Notes: generated from the letters alone by a model not told the origin. A DNA stretch of 62,378 nt, filler included, from Choristocarpus tenellus KU-1152 (GCA_964200185.2; 9 parts of 9 records of this genome joined end to end with filler, not necessarily neighbours in it), one strand, 5' to 3'. Positions 1 to 15,120 are shown, numbered from the whole stretch's first letter. Translations and numbers: made by a program.

Positions 1-3000
1 AGGAATAAGAAAATAGGAATGTGCAAATAATAATAATAATCCAGAATTCGTGGGCAAAGCAAAATGTCAGAGGGCATAATAATAATATATATATGTCGTT
101 GTTAGCCCTAAAGAAATAAAATATCGGTTATCGTTTTCTTTCATAACGACACTGTTGTTCCGCTGCGAGTGAGTGAAAATTATACGCCGTACATTGTTTT
201 GCTTCTTTGACTTTTGACAGATGTGTGAAAAGGGGAAAAACAAAGACCAAGCGTTTAGGGCAAAAAATATGGATACAATAGTTGTCATTAATGCCATGAT
301 ACTACCCTAAAAATAGTACCTCGAAGTACTCCGCAAAAACAATGGAATTTATAAAATATTTGGTACCCTGCCAATCTTTTTGTTGGCTTCATCTTGGTCT
401 TTTCCCTCCCCACAGACACATCATCTCCAGCATGCCAGTGGGCATAAACAATATTACCAATAATGATCATTTGATACCATTGTTATATTCCATCACATTA
501 GTCTGAGGGCTCCCAGACCAGTGTTCGAACAGGTACAACTCAGCGAAAGAAAAAAAAGGGAATGAAAGGAAAGAAGAAAGGATAGAACCCTCAGGAGAAA
601 ACATCCTAAGGACATAAGAGTAAGAAGAGAAGAAAACAAATGAACAAAGGCTGCAAGAGAAGTCAGCTCCAAAAGCAAACAGCATTCTGCAGACAGCGGC
701 GGTGGTGGTGTTGGTAACTTGGACTTCCTTAGCTGCTCCTTTTGTGTGACATACATTTGTCTGTCACAATTTCCTCGGAATACCGTTTGACCAATCTTGT
801 TTGGTCGTCACCCACACACGCTTGCCGCTCCTGTTGGTAAGTGGCCCTCATGCTCCAACCCCCAATTTCAATCTCAAACATGTCAAGGTCTTCTTCGAGG
901 AATGCCCACCACCACCAGTTCTTCTAATGTCAACTTTGTTTCCGTTTTCCAACTGCAAGCTCCCCATATATGAATACTTTAGGAAGGCGATCATCACCCA
1001 TGCGAGCAACTGACCCGGCGAAAAGGAGAGCTTCCTTGAGCGCACCACTTCCTTGATACTCGCATACTCAGTACTTCTAAGAGCATCTTTGTACGATAGG
1101 GCATGATCAGTGTGTTCTCGTTTATGGGAATCTATGCGGAGGAGGAACATATAGTAAAATGGGAACAGAGTTTCGGATAATGAGCCTAGTGGAATTTCCA
1201 CATTATATAATCCAGGTCATATAACCATACAAGAGAGGTTCAAGCGTATCAGCTTTGAGCATTCGAATATTAAGCTTAAGAAAGACATGTGAGTCCTGTC
1301 ATCGAGAACTTGGCCGTGTTAATATAAAATACAATTAATATATGGCACTACAAGTACAAGATGCAGGGAGGTGACCTCCCCCACCATGCATCTTCTACCC
1401 CTTTCTGCCTATAATTGAGTAATCTCCGCCCCCGGAACGTCTTCTCCGATTGTTGTTAACACAAACAATGTTTGCAAGGCCAGGGAGGCATAAAGGAACT
1501 TGGCGAGGAGTGCAGTGATATTATGGTGGGGGAAAAAAGAAGAACACCCACAGTTTAGGTTTGAATTGTAAGTCTTTGCGCATAAAAAGGAGAGTATTGT
1601 CTAATACAACCTCCCTACCTAGTCTTGACCTAACCAAACACACTTGTCAACAACATACCTCTGGCCATAGTTGAGTAGTGTTCCTCCTATTTTCCCAATC
1701 CCTGGTGCTAGTCCTGACTGTTGACTAGAACGAGGACTAAGCAATAGTTCTCTATCCACTGTGCCACAGATCCTGACTCGGGCATCTAATCATTACTATC
1801 ATTCAACTTGCTTTCGAACATTGTACAAGTTCTTCGTGAACTGGCATTTGTGAACTAAGAACCTGCAGGTTTGTCCCTCCTCCCCTACCTCGTGCACGTA
1901 ACCTTGATCCCATCAAAGCATATAATCTTCAACCCTAAAATGACCTAAACTCTGTTTTGACAATTGCAAAACCAAGGAGGTGTTGTCGAACGACACGTCA
2001 CAAGCAATGACACATACTTCGAAGTATTATTTTTCATATTTTCAGTATGATCTTCATTTTACCACAGGGACAAGCCAAACCCATAGTCAGGGGCACTACA
2101 CACCACACTACATTTCATCCTTTAATACAAACTGTTCTACTAAGATGGACAATTATGCTACCTCGTGCCTTAAGGTATAACTATCTATAACCCACGGTTG
2201 GGCAACTCAAACAATTTTTGTTTTGAAAGTGGCGATTTAATTGCAATCAATTGGAATACAAATCCAAGGGGTCGATTATGTATGTATTACACCTATATCC
2301 TTTGGAGTATGTAGACTACACATGCAAGCTTAGTAAGCACTCCGATGAGTCCATGTATCATGATGACTATCAGATAGGTTTTGGCTTAACATCAACCCTA
2401 CCAACCTACCCAGCTATCCATATCCTTGTAGCTCAAGCAGCAGTTTACCAGGTTCCTTCACTGGAATACGGTGGTGATGTCAAACTTTCTATCGAGAATA
2501 TTCTGGTTTCAATGGATAACATGGCAAGTATAACCGAAAGGAACGCCTATACTATCTTGGCAGCCACTAAAACACAAAAATGAACTGAGAAAACCTAAAT
2601 GGTGGCGGTAAGGCTTTATTGTAGTACTGTGCAATATCTGAGGGAGGAGGTGGAGTGATGGGCAATGGAATATCTGATGCCACCAAGGCGCTAGAAAAAA
2701 CAAGGAACATGTGGGGCAGTGAGTGCAACAAGTTGTGCAACAGTTGGTAGTTCATGGAGAAGTTTAGTAGCATGTACGGTGTCTCTGACCACAGGTTTGG
2801 ACTAGTTCAGCGTAAGTGGTTTCAAGTCCCAGACAAAAGTGAGACATTAACACTTACAATAGTACTAATACCTATCGCTAGACTTAAAGCAGTGGGTATC
2901 TGCAACCATGGTCATACTGCCCCCACCCTTCCCTTCTACCTACATGTAGTAGCCTCGTGACACAGTGGTTAGTATTGAAGGCTGCTCCCTGCATGAACTT

Positions 3001-6000
3001 TGGGGAGTTCGAAACCATCAACAACATACTTCTACTCATAGAAATGATCTGGTTTTAAATGTCTAAAGTCCACACGAAAATCACAATGGACTGTGAACCT
3101 ATTCTATCCTTACCTGCAACTATATTTTCCAATAAAATGAAGGACCGGGAATGAGGTGGCAAATGTTTGTTTGCTGACCGACAACGAGGCAGATCCAGTA
3201 GAAGATTTGACGTAAGAAGCGGAACAAGGGGCAGTGGACTAGAAGGGCTGAGCCCTAAGCACCAGAAACAAGGCACGAACGGAGCTGGCATAATGTGTTG
3301 TAGCGCAGTATTTGACTACAGTGGTTAGTACGAGACTTAGTGGTAGTAGTGTAGTTTGTAGTATCTCCGACCACCGGTCAGGATAGTCCCTGAATGAAGT
3401 GAAGTAAAACACAGCATTCATCATGTCAGGGACAGGTAGATCCCATTTAGGATCTCATGGACATTGACGTGACAGCCTGTGTGTAAACATATTTTTGCAC
3501 GCACTGGTTTTTACCATTGTGGCTAGCAGTCAAGGTGATGTGGTGTGCTCCGATGCACAGCTGCTTCACGGTGACCGGGAGTCCACCAATGAATCCAAGG
3601 ATTGTATCTTGTTCGGACTGGCTTCAGTCAATCAAACCTGGATATTGAGGAACATTCTGCTCTCAGGGCCTCTACCCTCGCTCAGTATGCCCCAAGGCCC
3701 CTCTTTCACTTCTTTCCTGAACCTAATCTCTGATGGTTCTCATCACCCCTCATCACACAAAATCCCGTCATACGCACATTGGTACTCACCACAATCCGTT
3801 TTGGGTTGGTCACCAGAAAGAAAGTAGGGTCACGCCAAGATGATGGATAAGAAGAAGTCGCAACCACTTCAAAACGTTATCAACCCTAACCAGAACGATG
3901 AGAAGACTTGTAGAAACAAGGCACCATCAGGGAGTTGCAGATTTACAGGGTGAACAGCGTTCATTATCCTAATTCTCACAGATTCTGAGCCTCGACAATA
4001 GGGCTAGATATCGTTGATTCACAACATTTTTCCAATTCCAATCTCCTACCCTCCAAAATACTGCTGTCAAAATGAAGGTCCATCAAATACACGCATTCAA
4101 TCTCATGGAATAATATCGGTATTTACAGCTGATTTCACAATACCTGTGTATATACAAAAGAAAAATGTTTACGTCCCCCTGGCAAAGATTCTATGTGCCA
4201 GTTTGTTCCCAGATCTTTTGAGGCAAGCACGGACATCCAACACTAGGAGGACCTACATAATCACTGGCAACACATTGTGGTCAGTTGCACCCTCATGATT
4301 TGGGCTGAAGTTGGAGGATGTTCGGTCAAATATTGCCAAGTTGTCAAATAGAAAGATAACACTGCCTGCAAATGATGGAATAGGTCATATTGTAATTGTG
4401 GTTGATGTGTTGGGACAAGCTCCCTTGACAAGGCAAGACATTAGTGCCCTTTGTTCTTGGGGCACTTCACTCTCTCAATCCTTCAACGTTGGTTAACCAA
4501 GTCTCAACAACTAGTAGTATGGTATATTGATCCACTACTTATGACTTATGTTGAGTAGTCTACCTTTGCTTGCTGCCTCACCTTGCTTCGACTTATACTG
4601 TTGCTTCAGTGAGAGAGGTACCCAGGTTTTGGCAGTTTTGCATTCTTAGTCTGTTCCTTAATCTATTGCAATGTTGCAAATTTCTACGGATGAAGTTCTA
4701 AGTTTTGACTTGAGAGCGCGTTTATGTCTTTATTGTTTGAAACCTTTCCGATACTATTCAGAAAAATCTTACACGCATTTGTAAAAAGAGCCGAATTTTG
4801 TAAATATTTGTCAGTGTCCTTAAAATAGAACTCTGTTATCTCTGGTGGCAATGGTTCAGCAGTGCTTCTTATTTTCTGATATCCTGATTGGTGTGAAATG
4901 GGGTGCATTGAAGTTCCTCTATCAATATTCCGATATCTCGATGTAGCAGACAAATACATGAGACAGGGCAAAGGCTTGCTAGTGGGAAAGGTGGGATTCA
5001 AAGTAACTGCCACCTGACACGTTTGCTTCAGAGCCAAACCAATTGAGAGATAGGTTGATTTGTACCCTTTTGCATTCTAAGGAATTTTTCTTACCGTGTG
5101 AATACACTCTATTTCATTGCTTTATGTGCACGACAGTATAAGCAAAATTGATATTCCTCCTTTTCACACCCAAGATCCACCACAATTAAGTAAAGGCTCA
5201 AACTGCATTTGTACAAAATGACGTCTTTTTGCCCTTTCTCTAGATCCTTAAAATACAACCCTGCCTTCCTCTCAACCGGTTTGGGTCAATACATGAATTC
5301 ATTTTGCAATATGATTGCCACATGAAGAAGGTACGTTCATTATATTCAATTTAGAAGTCACCATTTGCATCTGATGCGCAAAACCGCTTCATCCTCAACC
5401 TTGTTCACACCCTCACCCTGTATGTGTGCTTTCTAATCTAGAATGCTAAACCATCGGGCTGTGTTATGCTAGTGTTTCCCTCCCCTGGAGTGTATGTATA
5501 TATTATTTTTGCTTGCTACGCCATCATATCCCTTGAAACCATCCCAAGGACAGGCACAATTTTTTTCTGTGGGTATGTAGTATGGAATCTATAATAGTCT
5601 CAAATAATAGAAAGTCTGGCTGGTACCGTCCGCAGAGAGCATCAACTCACCAAGCAAGCACACATATATTTAGGATATTATGTGTTGCAACCACTTGAGG
5701 GGGATGAAAGACAATGGAGATGCTTCTAGGACGATGCACTATGGAACTAAAGTACTCCTCACTAAATACACAAATAAGGTTTCAGTGTATGTTCTATTTC
5801 CTCCATAGAAAGACGGCATATTAGGGGAAGAAAACAATACTCTGGAGTACATCGGAGAAGCACAAATTTGAGACTTTAGGATTAGGGTTTGTTTCACGTG
5901 GTTTAGGCTACAAATAACATAAACATGTAGTCTTTATCGACCGCAGGGGGGTAGGATTTGTCAGCAAGCAGCAAAGTTATGAAACTTCTCAAGCAGTTCC

Positions 6001-6169
6001 TTACCCCGCAGGAGTAGTACCCAAAATCAAACTTCAGATATTGAGATGAATTTTCGAAAGCACAGGATATTAGGTAGGGGTTCCGAAATGTGAGTGGGAT
6101 GCTGAACCAGTACCCATTTGCTTCGTCCACGGAAAACCCTCTTCCTATCTAAGGGTCAAAGTATCTGGG

Positions 6170-6269
6170 NNNNNNNNNNNNNNNNNNNNNNNNNNNNNNN
6201 NNNNNNNNNNNNNTTAATTAATTAANNNNNNNNNNNNNNNNNNNNNNNNNNNNNNNNNNNNNNNNNNNN
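6170..6269. other. Artificial contig linker (N44-TTAATTAATTAA-N44)
   Basis: Exactly 100 bp with a six-frame stop cassette; identical linkers at 13115-13214, 17015-17114, 34178-34277, 38476-38575, 47811-47910, 52176-52275, 54848-54947. Confidence 0.99.
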
Positions 6270-9200
6270 CTCTACAGACACCAAGCAATCTCGCCGGGTT
6301 TATCACCTTTATCCTCTTTGATGATTTTGGGGATACTTTAACATCACCTGCCACTTCCATGTTGAAACATAGGCAAAACGTGTCTGCATAGGATATGGAA
6401 AGTGTACGGACTGGGTTGAGGTTGGGCAAGGCCTTCTTTTTCAAGAAGGATGTACTCTGACTCATATTTGTTCAACATCTTCACTGCGGTGCCAATTGCA
6501 TAGTGCACAGAAAACCTTCAAGTGTATCTCTTCTTCCTTCTTTCTCGTCATTTATTTATTATTTTTCTGGTTTATTCTGTATATTTTTGCCGTTAAAAGT
6601 TAGTGATAGAGCTATTCCTCTATCTACGATCTAACCTCAGGTGGGTCTGAAACACCTCAGAGTAAGGTCAAGAACAAAACAATACACAATACTGCTGGAA
6701 AGTATCTCGAGGTAACCAAATTTATTTGTTGGTACCATTGTTGCTGTAAAGTACAATACAGTTGAAATTTCTGCATAGGAACTAGTAGCCACTACTTGCG
6801 GCAGGACCTCATCTACTCCAGAGTGGGTTATCAGCTCAGTCTGCCTTGCATATATTTAGGCGTCCTACACACAACAACGGCCCCAACATGGCACCTTGAG
6901 CATTGTTGAGGTTACAAAGAACTGTTGTAGAGGAATCACCCCTCACAGGTCACTGACTCGCCTTGGATGGGGATTGGTAGCTTTTTTTCCAAGTATTTAT
7001 TGGTGGAGATGTGCATCATTCGCTATCGTATATCACCAAGGATAGTACCCTGACTTACGTTTACCATATTATTGATATCAATTGTGACTGTTCGTCATGG
7101 TAGTTACCACCCCAACCCACTCTCACCCCTGGCCACACGTTAGCAAACAATTTCCAGAGAGTTTTCTGAAAATTATTTCGGAGTACATGATTTTTTTTCA
7201 TTCAAAAAATAAGAATGATGGTGGTGCTACTTCAGTCGCTGCTCTGTTGATTTTATTGTCATGATTATTCACCATCATCTGTACCAAACATGGACCCCTC
7301 AAGGCAAAAAGGTATGTTGTTACAAATAAATGTGTACCAATGTCATCTAACACAACCAGCAGTCTTGGTCACAGAACTCGATCACCTACCCTGAGTATGA
7401 AGTATTGCACATCTACCTTGGAAAACGCAGTGATACCTACCTAGAATGTTCAGCCATGGTGTCTAGCATCATTATCCACAACAACATTCGGAGGGTCCTT
7501 TTGCTCTGTGTCAGCCTTACTACCATGATGACAAGGTTTGGGGGCAGAAACATAATATCTGTTGCCCATACAACACTCAAGTCCAGTTATTTACTCCACA
7601 AATGTCCATTGTCCAGCACTTAGACTTGCACCCAGCATTTGCTGTTGGGGCAACGCTTGGCGCAATTTAGTTGCTCTATAATATCCATTGTCCGCTCAAC
7701 ACTTGTCTGAGCACAATTATGTAGAACATGTCTAGAACAAAGTCTGCAACCGGCTGCTCGATTGTTATTATTTCACACATTATTTTTGTTTTCTAGGACC
7801 CATAGTTGGAGGATGTAAAATAGGGAAGCAACAAAAGAACGAGTTGTGTCACAGAAGAAAAAAGTAAAAAATCTGTACAAACCAGAATATCCATGAAAGA
7901 AATATATATATATATATATATATTTCCACAACACTCATCCATAACATCAGTTGCTGAGTAAACACACAGGTTCGTTTGCTCTGCAACGTCCATCGTCCTG
8001 GGCAACACTTGGGGCTATATATTTATTTGCCCTATAATTTCAGTTGACTAGGACTGCATTCAGAACTTTTTGCTTTCTAACACCCATTGTTCAGCAAACA
8101 CTTGAGTCTATTTGGTCCATGTGTTGTTTGTCCAGGCAATGCTCCTGGCCATTTTTACAACATAAAGTATATGTTGTGTAACTCAAGGATCATGTTTTCT
8201 GAGGTATGAAGCCTTGCAATAGTATGATAAAGCACTTCCATTCCCAGCACACATTTGTACACTTCACTATCAGGCATACATGGGGCACAGATCCAGCCAT
8301 GCAAGACATTTTTAGATTACATGCATACTGAGAGATTTGTCCACACGCACGAGCGCACACCGCTTCACTCGCCTCCAGGGTATAGAAAACCAATACCAAT
8401 GACAATGGTGTACATATGGAAACCGTGATCTGAGTCTACAGCGCACAGAGAGGTATGCAGGGTTGCACTTTAAGGATCCTAAGAAAGGACCAAAAAGAAA
8501 CCATTTTGTATAATTGAAGAAAGAGCATTTGCTTGATTGCAGTGTAACTACTATTAATTTTGTGTACACTATTGTGCATACAAAGCAATGAAATTGAGTG
8601 CATTGCACGGGGTAAGCAAGACAGCTTAGAATCAGTCGAAGCAAATGAGAGGTGACCAGAGTTGCATTCAAAGGACGCTGACAAACATGTGCAAAATTCG
8701 TATTATTTTAATAAATGCGTATTAGTATATACGTTCTGAACTGAGTAAAAAAAAAATCAGAAAATAGAAGGAAATCAATGATCTAATGTCAAACTTAGAA
8801 TTTCATCCATAGAAATATGGCAATTACGAAATTTTAAAAAAAATGCTGTAAAATGCAAAACGGTCAAAACCTGGGTACCTACCTCTTGTCTACTTTGGAT
8901 CAATGCAAAAGGGGTTCAAGTCTGCCTACCTCTCTCCATCTGCTTGGCTCACAAAACACGATCACACTCACTGACTTCTGACCCCTCTCACAGGGATGTA
9001 CACCATAGAATTGGTTCATATTTCAGGGCCTCCTCTTCTTGCTCCGATCACTAAACATCTCTCTCACTCTTCGCCATTGCCACCACTTTGGGATATTCAT
9101 GAGATAGAAGGCCCACTTTTACCTTCCACACCACATCCGACCACCTGGGATTTGCACTTTCCTGCCCTCCAGACTGGTTCATTTAACCCAAACGGCTGCC

Positions 9201-9429
9201 ATCCTCCACATACAATGGTCGAGGGACAATATTTGGCAAAATCAACAAAATGATCTGACACCTGAGTTTATTGCCTGGAAGGTGATTCTGCATCGAGCCA
9301 CTTCAGACAGCCTTACTTCCAACCCCATGTACTGGAAGGTGATATTCAGTATCCCAGCTAAACATCCTCAAATCTATAGTTAACTTTATTTTGTTGCTCG
9401 TGGAGACTTAATTTTTTGATGGGGTGCCT

Positions 9430-10680
9430 ACAATGGACAGGGGAACTCAACAGCGCCCAGAAAAATGAACGCACTCGTGTGGTTGATCTTCTGACAGGTA
9501 TAATAGAGTTGTACCAAATACTGATCCGCACAATCTAGAAATGGGTAGAGCACACGACTGCTTAATGGAGAGTCAAAAAATCACACTACTGTTAGTTCTG
9601 TATCTTTACAAAACCCCACCTTAACTGCACAAGCAGCTGGAGGTCATAGAGCACCTTGACTGAAGCAGTCTATAAAAAATGCAACATCAATGGCTTGTAG
9701 GCAAATCCGTGCAAGAACGAAGGATGTGATGGCTTGAGCTGTTATGATCCCTTTTTGAAGATTGTACAAAATCCATTTAAGGTGCGTCAGAGGCCTTGAA
9801 TCAGACAGGACGCTGTAGGGCGTTAAGGCAAAACATATCAGGTTCACACACAAGCACGCCTACAATTGGCACATCCACTTCAACCTATTTTGATATCCTA
9901 CATGACAAAAATTAAGAGTTGGGCGGATAATGCAGTTGAGATGGTCACTATCATCACCCAGTCAAAAATACAACGCTGATGGCGCATGTAGTCCTCGAAA
10001 TATTTTTTTAAGAGTACCTTAAATTAACAATCTACTAGGCAAAAAATATACTGCATGTAGATACTCCTTTTGATGCTTCTATACATAACTGCTGGAAAAT
10101 CCTTCCCAAACCAAAGGACATGAGTGACTACCCCATCCCCCCCCCACTGACCTTCAGAAGAGAAAAACTTACCAGACTCTTCTGTGTACAATAAAAAGTC
10201 TGAGAACAATAACCAATAGCACAAGGTGCATAACATGCAGACACTTGCACTTTCTGCCTCAGACAATTGATCGATGACCAAAATAAGACAGGCCAAACAC
10301 ACTACCAAACCTTGGTTATATCACGACCTCAACAAGGACTTGGAAGTAGGAATGGATGGGGCACTCAACAGAGCCTGCTCGAATAGCAATACATACATCT
10401 TGAGTGGGCTTTGCATAAACTCAGAGCGGGCATTGATCTGCAACTATTGTGGTCTGCACCTAACTGTGGTGAGAGTCTCCACAATTGTCTACTCATATTC
10501 CTTGGGCCCTACAGAAACATTTCCCAGGTCATAGAAACAGCACAAAAACTATCAGTTAGAGGCAGGGTGAGCCGGAAAATATGGACCAGGAGGGTCATAC
10601 AACACCTTCTCTGCATGATGAACTTAAGGTTCAAAAAAATGGTGTTGTCCTGGTCACTATATAACAAAGGATAACCTCTG
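9430..10680 (+). pseudogene. Two decayed related ORF remnants, possibly ankyrin-like
   Basis: Similar starts ATGGACAGGGGAACTCAACAG (~9433) and ATGGATGGGGCACTCAACAG (~10352); ALNRACSNSN..ILEWALH. Confidence 0.25.
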
Positions 10681-10968
10681 CAACAAGACATATTCAAGAC
10701 ATAAACCAAGGCCTTTAAACAATATAAAAGGCAGGCAAAGCTTTGGTACGATTGTTAAGGGTGGGGATCAGGGGCTTGGAGGATGGGACACAACATCTGG
10801 TAGCTCCCCATCGGTGTTGACTCCAACTTCGCCAACCAATACAAAACAATCAGAATGCATTCTACCATCAACTAGTCCCTCCAGGTCTCATTCTCCTCAT
10901 CTCCAGCATCATACACTCAGTGTGCAAAATTTTTCCCATAACATGATTTCATTTTGTCTTACCCTTAC

Positions 10969-11149
10969 CCCTTCCCAGATCTCGCTCGATCTCCTCCTTC
11001 AGCGCAGCTTGGAATCGACGAAACCGTGCCCCTACGGATGTGGCAGTATCATCGACCTGACCCCTCCCGGATCGAAGAATTTTTTCTGCCTCTTTCAAGG
11101 TCTGCTCCGCCTGCCTCGGGTCCTCTACAATGCCCTTCACGGCCTGAAT
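10969..11149 (-). CDS. Probable isolated host exon, helical/coiled-coil protein of unknown function
   Basis: CAG acceptor and G|GTAAGG donor bound an open, GC/CpG-rich frame IQAVKGIVEDPRQAEQTLKEAEKILRSGRGQVDDTATSVGARFRRFQAALKEEIERDLGR. Confidence 0.5.
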
Positions 11150-13214
11150 CTGCGGGTCTCACAGGCAACACATCAGAAAAACAGAGGACGCGATGTTGCA
11201 GTCATGAGATGTGCTACTTCCAGTGGAAGACTTGTATATAGCTGAGGCTCTCTTGCTCCAGAGGATCAACTGAAACTCTAATATCTGTCCCTTGAAAAAT
11301 AATCAGAAAGTCAACGACAGACTAGATACTCTGGATGGAGAACGGAAAAAACTCACTAAAGTGGGACAAAACTGAACCAAAGAACAGACCGCGAGATGAG
11401 AATCTACTGAGATGTTAATGAGATGCGCCCGGGATGATGTGTTACTCACGAGAATCAACATCATGTTCATCATCGCTATATTACTATATGGGGGTCGCGT
11501 TAAGTTAGAAAACATCTATACTATTCTTGGAAAAAATCGACAGGCCAACCCTAAGAGGGGAGAGGAGGAAGAAAGTGACAGCATGACGACGTCGAGAACT
11601 ACACCTGGTCTGCTATGTACTGCACCAGGTGTTAACAACAAGTATACCCTTACATAAACCTTTGACGGGCAAGTGCCATTCTTACCTTGTCGTGTGTCCT
11701 CACAGCAAGGTCTTGAAACGTTTTTGACCTTGCAAGTCGCTTCGTGATGAGCTCACCGGCGACGTAGTTCATAATTTTGATGATAAACGCAGCCATACGT
11801 GTACCGCTGATGTGTCCTTGAAGGGATGCTCAAACCTTTGCTCTTCCCTCTCTCTACTTCATCGGTGGTCAAGGTTATTGAGGATGATGCAAGAGATGTT
11901 GGTGTTGTGGAGGGGGGTTTATTTTCGAAGAGGCGTGTTGGTGATGCTTCCATCAACGCAATAACATTCCCAAACTCACATACAAGTCGTTTAAATTAGA
12001 ACCTCAACCACTTTATTGTACGTAGTTCCTAGACAGGAGTGAAACGTGATTATTGTGCCCACTGACATTTTGTTGATAGAGGCTGTCGTGGAGAGGACAC
12101 GAACATTCCTCGAGTCGTATTTCCTCTTTCTAGTAGTGCCAACCTTTGTATGGACCTCTATTATTAACCATCTATTGTACATCACAAATCTATAGTGTCC
12201 CTCTCATCTCCACAGGGGGCATCTTCACTTTGCTTTATTCTTCCTCTGTAGGACTCCCAAAACATCTACTGCTAGTTGCGAGAATAATTGTGGTGGTTGC
12301 AAGGCTAGAGGTAGGTTCTAACTTGTAGTTCTTGCACACTGTGACTACGTTGAGAGACCTACAGATACGAGGTTGGAGGTAAACCTATCGGTAGGTACCA
12401 CAATTTCTATACAAGCAGTAGATATTCATATGTTTAGGCACTTCTACAGAAGTAGAAAGTGAACGTCCTGCCATGGGTGAAAATGACAACCCATCATGAT
12501 AGTATGCAGGTGTAGGAAGTAGGTAATAGTACCACAATAGAAAAGCAGTCGTAGATCTCCACAACAGAGAGCTCGCAGGGTTGCGGACAACGAAAAGATT
12601 GGATTAATCTTCTTTTCTCTATATGATACCATATATTTGCAAATAAATGTCAGGTGAGCATTGTGTGAGTCACCTTACATCGTTCTCTGTCTCCGTCCGT
12701 GTTTTGGCTGCCTAACAACTGTGGACAAGATATCAGTAGGTGACTCGAGGAGCAACATTCCTTGGGCGCTGAGCCACGGAGTGGTGTCCAGTGATTTTTG
12801 AGGAGAGAAGGATTTATATTTTTATTTAAGGGTAAGCAAAGCGTTTCTGTGCAAATTTGGGCTGCCCGATGTGCACGCAACAACACATGAAGAAGGGGAG
12901 ACTCCGTTGTTTTTTTGTTGTGCGTGTGGGAGGGTAGTGTGGATTTATAGGTGGCGGTGGTGTGGGTGTTGTCGGGAACAACGGTCATACCACGTAGATT
13001 GCACCACATCTCGTCTGCTCTGTGACGATGAGCTTTGTGGGGCCGGGCTAGTACTACGGTGGGGGACCACGTGGAAGTGACCCAAAGTATCTGGGAGGAG
13101 GGGGGGGTCTACACNNNNNNNNNNNNNNNNNNNNNNNNNNNNNNNNNNNNNNNNNNNNTTAATTAATTAANNNNNNNNNNNNNNNNNNNNNNNNNNNNNN
13201 NNNNNNNNNNNNNN

Positions 13215-13367
13215 ACTAGTTGTGGTAGGTCGACTCGTCAACCAGATATCTCTCCATTCTCTAGATACACCAGCGATGAAAAGGAACTCATCGGGAGAAG
13301 TGAACTGTACGAGTTGCTGCAAAATATCCGGGGTGCCATCGATGCCGAAGTCTGGTTCTGGGGACAT
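13215..13367 (-). CDS. N-terminus of an F-box-like/ankyrin-repeat protein of the brown alga/phaeovirus type (truncated by contig end)
   Basis: MSPEPDFGIDGTPDILQQLVQFTSPDEFLFIAGVSREWRDIWLTSRPTTTS; the 'EFLF(I/V)AxVSRxWRxxW' pattern precedes ankyrin repeats in this family. Confidence 0.6.
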
Positions 13368-14149
13368 CGTCGTCTGCAACCAGGTTCTAACAATGTTCGT
13401 TCACCACAACATTTGTCACGAACACTCAGGACTAAACAATTCAAGGATTCCTTATTGGCAATTGCTGGATGCTGTTAATCCTCTTGTACGTGGAGAAATG
13501 CACGAGTATATGAGTGATAACCTTCGGACAAGATTAAGAACGTGGAGTGTCCACATCTCCAGACCTCCAGCTAAAACTCGTTCTACTTTTACACTAATCT
13601 TCAACCATAACTCGATACACTAATAATATGTTAAACAAAACACACAACAAACTAAAAAATGATAGGAAATCGAATCGTACATTTCCATTGTCTTGAATTG
13701 TTGAGGTGAGTGAGTTGGTGTTCTTGGAATACAAATTCAAATGTTGGTATTAAGGTTTGGTTTTGGTTTTGGTTTTGTGATGATTTAGCGTTTATTCACA
13801 CAAATGCTCTTCAGTCTGAAATAAATCGGGTTGAAAACGTTCCATATATATATTCCATCATAATTTATAGTTGAAAACTTCAAAATGTCAAAAAACATAC
13901 TAATGTGTATCAATTCATATATGAACCCCACACAACAAGGCTGTACAGAGTTCCAGGAAAACAGAAACCTCATTTACCGACGGACCACCCTTCATTATAT
14001 ATTTTTCGTATATTACATTTACCTGCTCTTTCCCCACTACCGTTATAATATACCCTTTGATGTGTTCTTGAAGGGACCTTTTTCCAGTTTTGATGTTTTG
14101 TAGAAAAAAAATGGACTGAAGTGTTAAGAGCAGGATTGTGGACTTTCTC

Positions 14150-15120
14150 CTTTGATGTATCTATTATCTTTTTTGTGTAACGTATGTTGTCCCTACATAT
14201 TATTGCTGCTCCAGCCTTCAATGCCACTTACGCCATCCACCTTCATCTAGGTGTTGTGAAGGAAGAAAAGAACCTGCACATTTTCTGGGTCCAGGCTGTT
14301 CTGTTCGGTACTTTGAAATATTTCAAGCTGTTGAGAACATGTGTTCCTCCGACTATGTCTGTGTAGTAGGAATGGGTGCAAAATGCAGCGGGAAACTTTG
14401 CCCAGGCACCGAAGTTTTGATCTCATTTCCCACTACCACTTGAGTGGGTCGTTGCAAGCTCCAGTGTCCAAGTTGTTTCATGGGAGCCCTCCTGCAATCA
14501 CGTGGTGCTTCCTCCATGAGCTCCTTGACAGTGCCCTCCAATACTCCACCATCACCAGCTGAAATCCCCCACACACACACATTTTGCAAAGGAAGGCTTG
14601 CACCAAACCTTTGTGTCTTCTCTGGGAGTGCTGCCCTCCTCCCAGTATCAGTAGTACATGCAAGTGGTGGGCTTGGTTCAACCAGACTATTCTCTCCCTC
14701 GTGTGCCCCGTGCTCTTTCTCCACGACACCAAAAACTTCCAACTCCACCTGCCTTCAATTATGCACATGCCCATCACCTGATAAAAACACTGGATGACAA
14801 ATGCATTCAAGACCATTCAACTCTGATACCATCCCCAACGCCATGCAACCTAACATCATCCCCCCCCCAAAATGAGGGTAAGTAATTGCATTACCCTTCC
14901 ACAGCTAATGAGTCATTGCCATCAATTTCTCAAAACCACAAGCCTGTCATGTAGAAGATAGTCAATTCTTCTATGGGAAGGCATTGCCATAGTCACATTT
15001 CTTTTCCCCCCCATGTACTGTACTGTCTGAAGGATAAGCAAGAGTCTTTGGTAAGTCACACCACCTAAAACGTTCTGACCAAGCAGAAATTCATGAACAA
15101 CTTTAATACAGCCTCCCATG
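14150..15120 (-). pseudogene. Decayed F-box-like/ankyrin-type gene
   Basis: Start IKVVHEFLLGQNVLGGV resembles the family N-terminus; downstream AHHLHVL, GGFQLVMVEYWRA and LGHWSL resemble GHLE(V/M)xxW repeats; many stops and frameshifts. Confidence 0.4.

Noticed and set aside
6170-6269. TTAATTAATTAA palindrome within N runs, and ORFs that extend into it
   Set aside because: Synthetic concatenation linker repeated eight times; adjacency across linkers has no biological meaning, so no cross-contig operon or system is inferred
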